Shown: positions 27,790 through 37,592 of the stretch, piece after piece
Numbering within the stretch: the stretch's first letter is position 1
Layout of the letters: the number at the start of each line of letters is the position of its first letter
Source: an uncultured Fibrobacterota bacterium
GTDB lineage: Bacteria; Fibrobacterota; Chitinivibrionia; Chitinivibrionales; FEN-1185
DNA length: 64,000 nucleotides
NCBI GenBank assembly: GCA_963729895.1
Contig: CAVSQB010000018.1
Location: 78,074 to 142,073, forward strand
Direction: 5' to 3'
Notes under the pieces: generated by a model
Database searches by the model: none
Told to the model about the DNA's origin: nothing
What the model saw: only the letters and a program-made list of their open reading frames with translations
Position numbers and translations under genes: made by a program

Positions 27790-29951
27790 ATCATTTTCAC
27801 GAGGAAGAAGCGAAAGACGCCAAGCTGTACAACAAGGAGATAATGCGTCTCCTGTTCGGGTACGTCATGACTTACAAGCGTCAGCTGTTCTTCTCATTGT
27901 TTTGCGTTGTGGTGATCACGTCTGCCACGATTGCAGTCCCGTTTATCGCGAAGACCATTATCGACAGGTATGTTGTCAAGCAAGGCTGGCTCATAAACGA
28001 GAAGCTGCTTGCCGCGGCAAACAGCCCCGAATTGACACAAAGGACAAAACGTGCCTTGCGGCTTGCCGAGGGAAATTCATTTCTATTCAAATCACAGATG
28101 TCGTTTTTTTCAAAATCGCAGATTCGGAGATTTGTCGCCTCGGGGGTTTTGTCGGGCGAGAAGTATACCCTTATCGAGCGGCCGCAGGTATCCGAAGGCG
28201 CGCGCGCGCGGTTGCGCTCCCTTATCGCGCGCGGCGAGGCGCGCGAATATGCCGGTCCAGTCGTCCTCATCAAACCGCCCGCGCTCAGTGTCTTTACAAA
28301 CAGTGAACTCCTGCAACTGCGCAGCAGCGACGTGAAGAACGTCGGTCGCTACGCGCTTCTCATGATTGCCATTTTCTCGGTGCAGTTTGTCGCGTCGTAT
28401 CTGCAAATCGTGTCGCTGATGAAGCTTTCGCAGCGCTCGATGCGCGATTTGCGCAGGGACCTGTTTAGTCACATACTTTCGCTGGAAGTGTCGTTTTTCG
28501 ACGTCAATCCGATCGGTCGCCTCGTGAACAGGGTCACCAACGACATAGAGGTCCTTAACGAAATGTTCTCGTCGGTGCTCGTGACCCTGTTCCAGGATAT
28601 CTGCATTCTCGCCGGAATCACCGTCGTCATGTTCTTTGCAAATGTCTACCTTGCGTGCGCTGTGGCTGTTACGTTTCCTTTCCTCTTTGCCGTTACACTT
28701 GTGTTCCGGGTGAAGGCGCGCGACGCCTACCGCACCATCCGGACCAGAATCGCGGATCTCAATGCGTTCCTCAATGAAAACATCTCCGGGATTCGCATCG
28801 TGCAGATATTCGTGCAGGAACTCAAGCAGCTCGGGAAATTCAGGCGTGTCAATAATGACGTCTACAACGCAAACATCCGGCAGCTGTACGTGTATGCCGT
28901 CTTCCGTCCGCTCATCGATTTCTTCAGGTGGTTCGCTGTGGCAACCGTGATCTATTTCGGAGCGAACCTTATCATAGACGGTCGGGTTTCCTACGGGTTG
29001 GTACTTATGTTCCTGTCGTATATCGGGAGTTTCTTTGAGCCCATTGGTGACCTGTCTGAAAAATTCGACATCATGCAGAGCGCCACCGCCGCCGGCGAGA
29101 AGATCCTCGCCGTGTTCAAGGCTTCGGCGGCGCGCGAACGAAACGATCCGGCCGAGGCGGCCGTGTTCTGGAAGAAGCATGCATCGCTGCATGACGCGGG
29201 TCGGCAGGGCGCAATACGCCTGGACGGAGCCATCCGCTTCGATAACGTATGGTTCGGGTACAACCCCGGGGAATGGGTGTTACGGGGAGTTTCCTTTTCC
29301 GTGCAGCCGCGCCAGACGCTGGCCATTGTAGGCGAAACAGGATCTGGCAAATCAACGATCATCAGCCTGCTGTCGCGGTTGTATGCCGTGCAGAAGGGCG
29401 TAATATCCATTGACGGGATCGACGTCACAGACATTCCGACGGGCATTCTGCGCAGCGCGATTTCCATGGTGATGCAGGACGTTTTCCTGTTCTCGCGCAC
29501 GCTTCGGGAGAACGTGAGCCTGAGCGGGGAATACAACGAAGAAAGGTTCAGGACGGTCGCTCGGGTTACCCACATAAACAAGTTCATCCGCGCCCTTCCG
29601 CACGGAGACAGCGAGCTGGTGATGGAGCGCGGCGCCACGTTTTCGTCGGGTGAGCGCCAGCTCCTCGCATTCGCGCGCGCGCTGTACGCCGATCCGTCGA
29701 TCCTCGTGCTCGACGAGGCCACATCGAACATCGACACAGAAACCGAACGCCTTATCCAGGATGCGATCGTGCACTTGATACAGGGGAGAACATCTATAAT
29801 CGTTGCGCACCGCCTCTCCACCATCCAGAATGCACACAAGATCCTGGTGCTGGAAAAAGGCGTAATCGCGGAGCAAGGGGATCATGCGTCGCTGCTCGCA
29901 AAGCGGGGGTTGTACCATGAACTTTACAAACTGCAGTTCGGCGCGGTATAG
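27786..29951 (+). CDS. ABC exporter permease/ATPase subunit 2 (MdlB-like) with a large first extracytoplasmic loop
   Basis: GETGSGKS, FSSGERQ and LDEATS; overlaps the upstream stop (GTGA). Confidence 0.9.
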   Translation: MNHFHEEEAKDAKLYNKEIMRLLFGYVMTYKRQLFFSLFCVVVITSATIAVPFIAKTIIDRYVVKQGWLINEKLLAAANSPELTQRTKRALRLAEGNSFLFKSQMSFFSKSQIRRFVASGVLSGEKYTLIERPQVSEGARARLRSLIARGEAREYAGPVVLIKPPALSVFTNSELLQLRSSDVKNVGRYALLMIAIFSVQFVASYLQIVSLMKLSQRSMRDLRRDLFSHILSLEVSFFDVNPIGRLVNRVTNDIEVLNEMFSSVLVTLFQDICILAGITVVMFFANVYLACAVAVTFPFLFAVTLVFRVKARDAYRTIRTRIADLNAFLNENISGIRIVQIFVQELKQLGKFRRVNNDVYNANIRQLYVYAVFRPLIDFFRWFAVATVIYFGANLIIDGRVSYGLVLMFLSYIGSFFEPIGDLSEKFDIMQSATAAGEKILAVFKASAARERNDPAEAAVFWKKHASLHDAGRQGAIRLDGAIRFDNVWFGYNPGEWVLRGVSFSVQPRQTLAIVGETGSGKSTIISLLSRLYAVQKGVISIDGIDVTDIPTGILRSAISMVMQDVFLFSRTLRENVSLSGEYNEERFRTVARVTHINKFIRALPHGDSELVMERGATFSSGERQLLAFARALYADPSILVLDEATSNIDTETERLIQDAIVHLIQGRTSIIVAHRLSTIQNAHKILVLEKGVIAEQGDHASLLAKRGLYHELYKLQFGAV

Positions 29952-30036
29952 AAAGACCTGCTCGTGCGCGACAATAGCGATAAACTATTTTAGCGTGGGA
30001 AAACGAACCGCACCGTAAAAATGTCGAGAGAAAATT

Positions 30037-30095
30037 TCACCACGGGGACATCGAGGACACGGATCTTCTCCGTGCTCTCTGTGTCTCCGCGGTGA
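30037..30095. repeat. Intergenic REP-like imperfect palindrome
   Basis: TCACCACGGGGACATCGAGGACACGGA ... TCCGTGCTCTCTGTGTCTCCGCGGTGA; a similar half copy lies at ~60171-60190. Confidence 0.6.
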
Positions 30096-30118
30096 GTCTC
30101 TATTTGTTTTGAGAAACC

Positions 30119-30892
30119 ATGCACATCTCCACCTTTTTCAAATTCGCCCGGCCCGCGTACCTCTTCAACTGCAAGACGGGATTTTGCACCGTATGCGGTC
30201 ACCACTCGCTTTTTGTCCTGAACGATACCCTGGCCATGATCCGCAATCATGCCATCTGCGTCCGGTGCGGAAGCGTTTCGCGTCACCGGCATGTCGCGAA
30301 ATGCATCGTGGACTATTTTTCGCGCCGGGGAATCCGCAGGCTCGGAGATTTTGAGGCGCATCCCGAGCTTCGGGTGTTTAATTCGGTGTCGTTTGGCCCT
30401 ATTGTCAAGGCCATGGGTAGTCACCCCGGGATCGTCTGCTCAGAGTATCTTGACGGCGTGAAGTCCGGCGACCGCAAAAACGGCATCCTGTGTGAGGATT
30501 TTGAGAACCTGTCTTTTGGCGATGCAAGCTTCGATCTGGTGATTTCCGAAGACGTCTTCGAGCACCTCAAGGACTTTCGCAGAGGATTTGCCGAAGTCTA
30601 CCGCGTATTAAAGAAGGGCGGCGCACACATTTTCTGTGTGCCATTCCACTTTGGCACACTGACGCAGCCGTTGTACGAGTTCAGGAACGGCTCGGCAATC
30701 CCGCTTGGGCCCATCGAATACCACGGCGACTCTGTTCGGGGCAGGATTCCAACCTATACGCGCTTCGGCTGCGACCTGGTTGAAATCCTTTCGGGGATGG
30801 GGTACGAAGCGACGCTTTCCCTTGCGAGCTACGAAGACGAAGTGAACTACGGCACATTCAACTGCTGCACGATTACCGCGAAGAAGCCGTGA
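30119..30892 (+). CDS. Class I SAM-dependent methyltransferase-like protein with N-terminal CxxC pairs
   Basis: LSFGDASFDLVISEDVFEH and EVYRVLKKGG; CTVCG and CVRCG. Confidence 0.8.
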   Translation: MHISTFFKFARPAYLFNCKTGFCTVCGHHSLFVLNDTLAMIRNHAICVRCGSVSRHRHVAKCIVDYFSRRGIRRLGDFEAHPELRVFNSVSFGPIVKAMGSHPGIVCSEYLDGVKSGDRKNGILCEDFENLSFGDASFDLVISEDVFEHLKDFRRGFAEVYRVLKKGGAHIFCVPFHFGTLTQPLYEFRNGSAIPLGPIEYHGDSVRGRIPTYTRFGCDLVEILSGMGYEATLSLASYEDEVNYGTFNCCTITAKKP

Positions 30893-30900
30893 TCCCGCCG

Positions 30901-31368
30901 CTATTCGACATATTTGTTTTCCCCGCGGATAATCACATCCAGAAATTTCTCCGGATCTTCGGTATCGATAAGGCTGCTTCGTATATCTTCGTACGACATT
31001 ATTCTCGAAAGCGAGGAGAGCAGCTGCGTGTACTGGCTTGAGGCATTGGCAGGGGAGAGCATCATGAAAATGAGATGCACCGGCTGCTCGTCGATGGCGT
31101 TGAAATCGATTCCCTTCACGTTGCGGCCCGCGATCATGTAAACACGGTCGATTCCCTCGATCCTGGCATGGGGGATCGCTATGCCGTAGCCGATCCCTGT
31201 TGACATTTCCGCCTCGCGGTCGAGGATCTTGCGCGCGATGAGATCCTGGTCTTTCAAATCGTACAGGGACGCAAGGTACTTGCTCATCTGGGCAAGCAGT
31301 TCGGCCTTGTTCACGGAATCAAGGTTGGTAATTATGCCGTTTTTCTGAAGAATGTCTTGGATCTTCAC
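30901..31368 (-). CDS. PTS EIIA component (PtsN/fructose-type)
   Basis: RE..MSTGIGYGIAIPHAR and GIDFNAIDEQPVHLIF; GTG start. Confidence 0.88.
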   Translation of the reverse strand: MKIQDILQKNGIITNLDSVNKAELLAQMSKYLASLYDLKDQDLIARKILDREAEMSTGIGYGIAIPHARIEGIDRVYMIAGRNVKGIDFNAIDEQPVHLIFMMLSPANASSQYTQLLSSLSRIMSYEDIRSSLIDTEDPEKFLDVIIRGENKYVE

Positions 31369-31631
31369 ACAAGGTCCTTGCTGCGATGTACGACTTGTCC
31401 GGATTCCGGTTTCCGTTCTTTCCGATCGGCATAGACGAGAATTCTGCCGGCGGCGTACAGAATGAACCCGCCAAGCGCGCACGAATAGGCCATGCTCCGC
31501 AGATCGCGCGTCATGAAATGGGCAATCAGGCCGATGCCGCAGAACATCGCGCACACTGCAATTACCGTGAACCCGGCCATCATGACATGAAATCCGTGAT
31601 GCTGCAGGAATCCCGTTATTGGTCGGGTCAT
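31365..31631 (-). CDS. Small two-helix membrane protein
   Basis: Two hydrophobic segments; stop overlaps the EIIA start. Confidence 0.55.
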   Translation of the reverse strand: MTRPITGFLQHHGFHVMMAGFTVIAVCAMFCGIGLIAHFMTRDLRSMAYSCALGGFILYAAGRILVYADRKERKPESGQVVHRSKDLV

Positions 31632-31893
31632 GGACCTTTGCCTCTGAAAAACAAATGGGTCAGAACGGTGCTGCAGAGAGATGCGCGGAGGTGTTTGCCG
31701 GCTCGAAAGCCGGATTAAGGACCGGAAAATCAATTTGCACGATCACCCTCTCATGCATAGGGTTCCCACGGGAAAAAGGGGGATGCGGTAAAGGCAGCAA
31801 GTAATATAAATGATTACAACCGGAAGTTCCATTTCACCGCGATCCTGCGGTGCAACAAAGCTCAGAATTTGATGGTTAGCCTGCGCGGCATCT

Positions 31894-32889
31894 CTAGCCG
31901 GGGATCATGAGTTTCGACCAAGTTTCAGCACGGATGCCCGACAGTTTCCCAAAGGTATCGACAGCCCTGTCCGGCAGTGACACAACCACCCTGACCTCAA
32001 GCCTGTCCTTTTCGAAAAAGGGGTCGGGCGCAAAGGTCACGGCCGAAGGATAAGGGTTGATTTCGGACACCAGAAGGTTCCAGCGTTTGAGGGCTGCATC
32101 GAATTCGGGATATCGAGCGGAGTGAAGCACGCTGTGAATCAGCTGAATTTTCTGCGGAGCGTTTCTCCGCGGGTCCTTCCGGATGTGTTCACACTCGTCT
32201 CCCCCCAAAATCTCAGCTGCGCCGTGCCTGCGGATAAGAATAATTTCCGACAGCCACTGGATGAATTCCCTCTCGGTCTGTTGGGAGAGCTCAAATTCCC
32301 CGAAGAACGCCAGGAACGTTTCCCGGTCTTTCTTGGGAAGGGTCCGCAAATCCGTTGCGTTTTGCAGATGAATCTTTTCTTCCAGAACTGCGTCAACAAC
32401 ATCGCGCGGGCAATAGAGGAGTCCGTAAAGGTCCAAGACCTGTTTCCACGGCAGGTTGAGGACCTGGGCTGCCGCACCCGGTTCGGTCACGCCCGCAGCC
32501 GTTGCAAGCCATTCGCAAAAAAGGAATTGCTCACGAATGTGCAGTGTTCTTCCCCGGTTAAGCAGTATCCTGAGAAGGCCCGCTTGCTCACCTGAAAGCG
32601 AGCCGGCCACTATTCCGCACGCGCATTGAGGCGTTGCATTCGCCTTGCTCATCGCGAACCGTTTGCACCCGTCAAGAATGGTGTAGGTGTTCCGGCCGTT
32701 GTCTACCGCAAGGAGGGGGAGCAGGAGGGCTTCCGGCGGAAGCCGGGGAAGCAAGGCCGAATCGGCGTACGGCGCTTTTGGCAATTCGAGTTTCCCGATA
32801 TCGACCATGACGCAACGCGACGTTCTTGCGAGCGACAACAGGTGTCGTTCAGATTCCAAAAGCGGTTGCAATCGACTTGTACTGTTCAT
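31894..32889 (-). CDS. ParB/Srx-like N-terminal domain protein
   Basis: LLPLLAV...YTILDGCKRF followed by a helical, HTH-like region. Confidence 0.6.
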   Translation of the reverse strand: MNSTSRLQPLLESERHLLSLARTSRCVMVDIGKLELPKAPYADSALLPRLPPEALLLPLLAVDNGRNTYTILDGCKRFAMSKANATPQCACGIVAGSLSGEQAGLLRILLNRGRTLHIREQFLFCEWLATAAGVTEPGAAAQVLNLPWKQVLDLYGLLYCPRDVVDAVLEEKIHLQNATDLRTLPKKDRETFLAFFGEFELSQQTEREFIQWLSEIILIRRHGAAEILGGDECEHIRKDPRRNAPQKIQLIHSVLHSARYPEFDAALKRWNLLVSEINPYPSAVTFAPDPFFEKDRLEVRVVVSLPDRAVDTFGKLSGIRAETWSKLMIPG

Positions 32890-33683
32890 ACTCCCCCTGT
32901 TTTCCTCTCTTTTTGCAACCATTGGCAACAATGGCCGCTTTTCTCGCGAGCTCCGACCTGGCCAAAGCGGATTGCCCGGCCGAAAGGGTTCCGGATTGCA
33001 GAATGTCCAGGATGCTCCTGATACGAAACCGGTCCAATCCCATCACGGTTGCAGAAAGCTGGTCCGCGTGCCCGCCGTAGCGGGTAAGGAGATGCTCGTC
33101 GACAAGGCCCACGGGAAAGGTGCAGGTGATCCTGAGCCACAAATCGTAGTCTTCACAGGCAGGAATCGATTCGTTGAATCCGCCGGCATGGTCGAACAGA
33201 GCCCGGTCCATCACCACTGAAGACGGCGTCACCATGCATCGCACCAGGCTTTCTCTAAAAATGTATCCCTGTTTTTTTTCGTGCGTGCGGGGGGGGGGTG
33301 ACACGCGTTCCGCGCCTCACCCAGAATTCTTTTGTTTGGGAGATCCTGAACGCGGAGCTGGTCTTGTGCCACTGCAGCTGCTTTTCAAGCTTCGCCGCAT
33401 GCCACTCGTCGTCGGAGTCCAGAAAAGCAAGCCACGCGCCTTTCGCAGCGGCAACGCCTGCATTTCTCGCAGCGGACACTCCACGATGAAGCGGAAACCG
33501 TATGCACCGGACGGAGCGTGAGAGCTCCGGCTGGGCCAGAAGCTCTTCCGTTTTGTCGGTCGAGGCGTCATCGACCACAATACATTCCCAATCGCCCATG
33601 GTTTGGTTAAGCACGGAGCGGACAGCCCGCGCAAGCAGGTGTGCCCGGTTAAAGGCGGGAATAATGACCGAGACCAGGGGCAT
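32849..33683 (-). pseudogene. GT2 glycosyltransferase split by a +1 frameshift in a C10 tract
   Basis: VSVIIPAFNR, VVDDASTD and FLDSDD in one frame; TPSSV and EDYDLWLR in the other; G10 at 33289-33298 on the + strand. Confidence 0.8.
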
Positions 33684-33803
33684 GAAGCTCTGTTTCTCCG
33701 ATTTCTTCAATCAAGATACCTTGTGGCAGGGGAATGTGGGCGGGAGCGCGTTTCCCGCCGCTTTTTTGCAGCAGAATGGCGCGCAGCTCCACGGGAGGGG
33801 GCG

Positions 33804-33841
33804 AAAAAAACACCTGGCGGCTTAAGCACAGCCGCCAGGTG
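33804..33841 (-). terminator. Intrinsic terminator of HTH gene 33875-34159
   Basis: CACCTGGCGGCT-loop-AGCCGCCAGGTG followed by T7 on the minus strand. Confidence 0.8.
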
Positions 33842-33874
33842 GAACAAAACAATCAAATAATCCTGGAAGAGGTG

Positions 33875-34159
33875 TTATTTCTTCTTCCTGCCTTTTCCCG
33901 CAAGGCTGATGATACGGTATGTCTGAGAAACGGACAGTTCGAATTTCTTGGCAATGTCGGTTCCCGTTTTGCCGCCCTTGTACATACCAAGGATTTTCTT
34001 GTTTCTTTCGGCATTCTTCGCGATGAGCGAATCGATGCCGTACTTGTTGCGCAGCTGATGGATCGCCTGACGGGTGACCCCGACCTTATCGCCTATTGCC
34101 TGATCGGTTCCCAGTTTTTTCTGAAGGGCGATAAGCTGCTGCTTGCTGAGTCTGGCCAT
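33875..34159 (-). CDS. Small basic double-HTH DNA-binding protein (paralogue 1)
   Basis: RBS AAGGAG; IGDKVGVTRQAIHQLR and IAKKFELSVSQTYRII; Lys-rich tail. Confidence 0.85.
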   Translation of the reverse strand: MARLSKQQLIALQKKLGTDQAIGDKVGVTRQAIHQLRNKYGIDSLIAKNAERNKKILGMYKGGKTGTDIAKKFELSVSQTYRIISLAGKGRKKK

Positions 34160-34285
34160 GATGATGTCTCCTTTCTTAAGGTGGATTGATTAAATATACT
34201 ATTGGTACAACGCAACGAAAACAACTTAAGAATTTTTCTTAGACGTCCTCCCTTGTGGAAAGTGTTTACTAAATAGTATTCGCCG

Positions 34286-35305
34286 TCATCGCGCGCCGAC
34301 AGAAATGACGGTGTCGTGGGCGAAGCACAGATACTGGCTGCCGTACAGCCATTGTTCGGCACACGCGTGCCGAGAGGTGTCGGTGCTTACGGTGTGCGGG
34401 CGGCCCCAGCTCACGATGACCTGATCCTTTGTCATTCCGCTTACGATGGTATGGTTGTTGATGGCGTTCCAGGTGAGGCTGTCCCACTTGTGAACATCCA
34501 TCGGATTCGCCTCGAACAGGTCTTCGGTCCAGGGCGGCTCCTGCCGGATCTTGTCGGCCATGGTGTTTGTCCAGCTCGCGGCAATAGGAATGAACCCTTT
34601 CTCCTTTGCCGGCGTTTCCACTGCGAGCCAGAGAGGATTGGTTGGTAACGGCGTGAGCCCCCACGAGACGCCAGTGACCCTCAGCTTGTCCTGCACCCGA
34701 ACCTTGACGGTCCCGTAGTTACCCGTGATCGAATCGTAGGTGTTAATAAACCTGCGACGCGAATACACGAATGCGCCAGCCCACCGCCTTGCGGCGCTGT
34801 CGAGGTCGGCAAGGCTTGCGATTCCCTCGATGGCGCCCTTGTGCGTCTTCCCGAATATGGTACGGCCGATTCCTGCCGCGTGAAAAGAGACGAGAAATTC
34901 GTCGCCCGCGGGTTCTACGGCCGTGACGACAAGCGTCGTGCCCGCGACCTTATCGGAACGGAGGTGGCGTTTGGGAGTTTCGAGCGAGGTGTCGACCGGC
35001 GCCCTGCTCGCGGCGAGGTCTTTTGACAAGTACAGTTCGTATCCGAATTGCCGGAACAATTTCTGTTTTCTCAGAACCGTGAATTTCCTGTTGATCCAGT
35101 GCGGAACCGCAACAAACAGGGTTGAATCCATTGCCTGAAGCGCCGTTGCGGGTGCGACGGACGCAACCGGCGGCGCTTTCTGCAACGCAGCCGTGTCGCG
35201 GTCGGGCCGCGCGCCGGTCTTTGCATGTGCGAGAAAACCCGCGCACACGAAAACGGCCGCGGAGGCGGTAAGGAGGATCAGTCTGCTGCGTGGAAATCGT
35301 TTCAT
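34286..35305 (-). CDS. Exported hypothetical protein with a C-terminal SmpA/OmlA-like motif
   Basis: Signal-like N-terminus; GMTKDQVIVSWGRP...EQWLYG. Confidence 0.6.
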   Translation of the reverse strand: MKRFPRSRLILLTASAAVFVCAGFLAHAKTGARPDRDTAALQKAPPVASVAPATALQAMDSTLFVAVPHWINRKFTVLRKQKLFRQFGYELYLSKDLAASRAPVDTSLETPKRHLRSDKVAGTTLVVTAVEPAGDEFLVSFHAAGIGRTIFGKTHKGAIEGIASLADLDSAARRWAGAFVYSRRRFINTYDSITGNYGTVKVRVQDKLRVTGVSWGLTPLPTNPLWLAVETPAKEKGFIPIAASWTNTMADKIRQEPPWTEDLFEANPMDVHKWDSLTWNAINNHTIVSGMTKDQVIVSWGRPHTVSTDTSRHACAEQWLYGSQYLCFAHDTVISVGAR

Positions 35306-35459
35306 GGTACGCTGCCTCGCTCGTGGAGGTTCTCGTTCCGAGCCGTCGCGACAAAGGCCGCTGCGCGACCGGTTTACTTTACGCACGATGAAGAGTCAAT
35401 AAATTAACAACTGCGCAAACAAAAGGAAACAGATATTACATTGTGCCGACAGGATTGTA

Positions 35460-37043
35460 TCAAGCTCTTCTTAGCACCTTTATCGCAAACTTCCGTATGT
35501 CGATCACCTTTGCAAGATGCAATACGCCTGCCGTTGCCGCAAAAGCAGGGATGCCGGCGCCTGCGGCAATACACGCATGTTGGACAAAAGAATGGTCGCC
35601 CACCCAGGGAACCAGCAGGAGTTTGATGCCGAGAGAGACCGATGCGCCCGCTGCAGCAACGATTGCCACTTTGCGGAAAAGCAAAAGCGTCGCGTAGAAA
35701 TCCGAACGAAAGGAGTGACGGTTTTCCCACGTCCAGTAGAGAATGAAGAACTGGACGGTCATTGCGGCGGATGACGCCAGCGCTATGCCCATGGCGCCAA
35801 GCAGCCGGCTTAACAGGAGGTAACAGGGAACGCTCGCCAGGGCGACGCAGGTGCTTGTCACCATGGGAAAGATCATCTTTTGCTCGGCGTAGAAGCTGCG
35901 CATCACGATGGTGCTTGCGGCAAAGGGAAATGCGCCGATGAGATATACGGCAAGCACGGGCGCAGTGGCCGCGGTTGATGCCGCGTCGAAACGGCCGTGT
36001 TGGTATAAAACGGCGATAATCTGCGAGGAGAGCGGGATCAGCACGCCGACGCAGGGAATAAGAAAGGCCGCGATTCTCCTGGTTATGCCGTTAAGCAGGC
36101 CGTTCATCTCGCCGTATCGCTTCTCCGCGGCAAGCCTCGACAGGAACGGATACGACGCGACGCCCGCGGCCTGGCCGAACACGCCCACGAAGATCATCAT
36201 TGTCCGAAGCGAATAGTTGATACTTGCGAGCGCCCCTTTCTGCAGAAACGAGCCGAAGTAACGAAAGAAGAGCTCGTTCGAAAACGTCATGCCGAGGCCG
36301 AGGATGAGCGGCAGCGTAAGCAACACGTACCGTTTGAGGTCCGGGTCTTTCCAGTCGAGCGCCGGCCTGAAACGCATTCCCACCGCAAACGCGCCGGGAA
36401 GCTGCACGAGAACGTTTCCGACAAACGCGCCGATGAGAACACCCCAGGCGAAGCCTTCGACCCCGAGACCGAAGAACCGGTGGCAGATCATTCCCATGGC
36501 TATGATCCCGAGGTTGTAACAGAGCGGCAGCAGGGCAGGAAGGAAGAACCGGTTGTTCGCGTATTGAACCGCCATGAGAAACGCGCCCCAGTAAAACAGC
36601 AATTGTGCGGGCATGATGATCCTGGTGAGCCGTATCGTGAGCCCGGCGGGCGCTCCGTGGCCCAGCAGCCCCACTATCCTGTCTGTAAACACGATGCTTG
36701 CAAGTATCAACACGCCCAGCACCGCCGTGCCTATTGTCAGGAGGTTTGAAAAGACCCGCCACGATTTCTCGCGTTCGCCGCTCACGAGATACTTCTGAAA
36801 GATGGGAATAAAGGTGATCGAAAGAAAGCCGCCGGCAAGCAGGTGGTTAAGCAATTCCGGGATGAGGAACGCGGCCACGTAGGCGTTCATATCGCTCGTT
36901 GTGCCGAAGTACCCTGCCAGAACCTGTTCGCGTACAAGTCCCATGACTCTGCTCACAAGCACCGAAGCCATCATGATGACCGATGCAATGGCAATGGAGC
37001 GTTTGAGGTCGGGAGGTCTGGCAGGATAAGCAACAGTAGGCAT
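35460..37043 (-). CDS. murJ: Lipid II flippase MurJ (MviN)
   Basis: SRVMGLVRE...FG...AY..AF.IP..L..LLAGG.LS..FIPIF; many TM helices; start uncertain. Confidence 0.9.
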   Translation of the reverse strand: MPTVAYPARPPDLKRSIAIASVIMMASVLVSRVMGLVREQVLAGYFGTTSDMNAYVAAFLIPELLNHLLAGGFLSITFIPIFQKYLVSGEREKSWRVFSNLLTIGTAVLGVLILASIVFTDRIVGLLGHGAPAGLTIRLTRIIMPAQLLFYWGAFLMAVQYANNRFFLPALLPLCYNLGIIAMGMICHRFFGLGVEGFAWGVLIGAFVGNVLVQLPGAFAVGMRFRPALDWKDPDLKRYVLLTLPLILGLGMTFSNELFFRYFGSFLQKGALASINYSLRTMMIFVGVFGQAAGVASYPFLSRLAAEKRYGEMNGLLNGITRRIAAFLIPCVGVLIPLSSQIIAVLYQHGRFDAASTAATAPVLAVYLIGAFPFAASTIVMRSFYAEQKMIFPMVTSTCVALASVPCYLLLSRLLGAMGIALASSAAMTVQFFILYWTWENRHSFRSDFYATLLLFRKVAIVAAAGASVSLGIKLLLVPWVGDHSFVQHACIAAGAGIPAFAATAGVLHLAKVIDIRKFAIKVLRRA

Positions 37044-37059
37044 TCGATGGTTACCGCGC

Positions 37060-37093
37060 GAAAAAACAAGGCTCATGCAGATGCCATGAGCCT
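37060..37093 (-). terminator. Probable terminator of HTH gene 37126-37413
   Basis: AGGCTCATG/CATGAGCCT stem followed by a T-run on the minus strand. Confidence 0.65.
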
Positions 37094-37125
37094 CAGGATT
37101 GCGTAAGGGTTATTTCCCGTGTAAA

Positions 37126-37413
37126 CTATTTTCTCTTTTTCTTGCCTTTTGGGGCACCGCCGAGGATACGGTAGGTCTGGGAAACGGAAAGGCCGAACTT
37201 TTTGGCAAGCGACATTCCCGTATTTCCGGTTTTGTATGCCTTCAAGATTTTCGAGTTGCGCTCGTCGTTCTTTGCGATAACCGACTCGATACCGTACTTG
37301 TTCCGAAGCTGATGGACTGCTTGACGGGTTATGCCGAACCGCTCGCCGATAGCCTCGTCGGTCTTGAATTTTTTCTGCAGTGCAATGAGTTCCGTTTTGC
37401 TGATTTTCGCCAT
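37126..37413 (-). CDS. Small basic double-HTH DNA-binding protein (paralogue 2)
   Basis: RBS GAGGAG; about 64/94 residues identical to 33875-34159 by manual alignment. Confidence 0.85.
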   Translation of the reverse strand: MAKISKTELIALQKKFKTDEAIGERFGITRQAVHQLRNKYGIESVIAKNDERNSKILKAYKTGNTGMSLAKKFGLSVSQTYRILGGAPKGKKKRK

Positions 37414-37453
37414 ACCGTGAATGCTCCTCTCATAATGGAAGTTCACTGCATAT

Positions 37454-37482
37454 AATATAAAAAGACGGCTGCCATTATGCAA
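37454..37482 (-). promoter_or_regulatory. Putative sigma70 promoter of HTH paralogue 2
   Basis: TTGCAT-17 bp-TATATT on the minus strand. Confidence 0.55.
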
Positions 37483-37592
37483 CTGTTTTTTGTTGCAATG
37501 TGTAAACCTCGCAGGAATGCAAGTTGCATCCGCGCGCATCGGAGAGGTAGTTTCTAGTTGCACCACCACCCGCCGCGGAGAATGCGCAGCTC

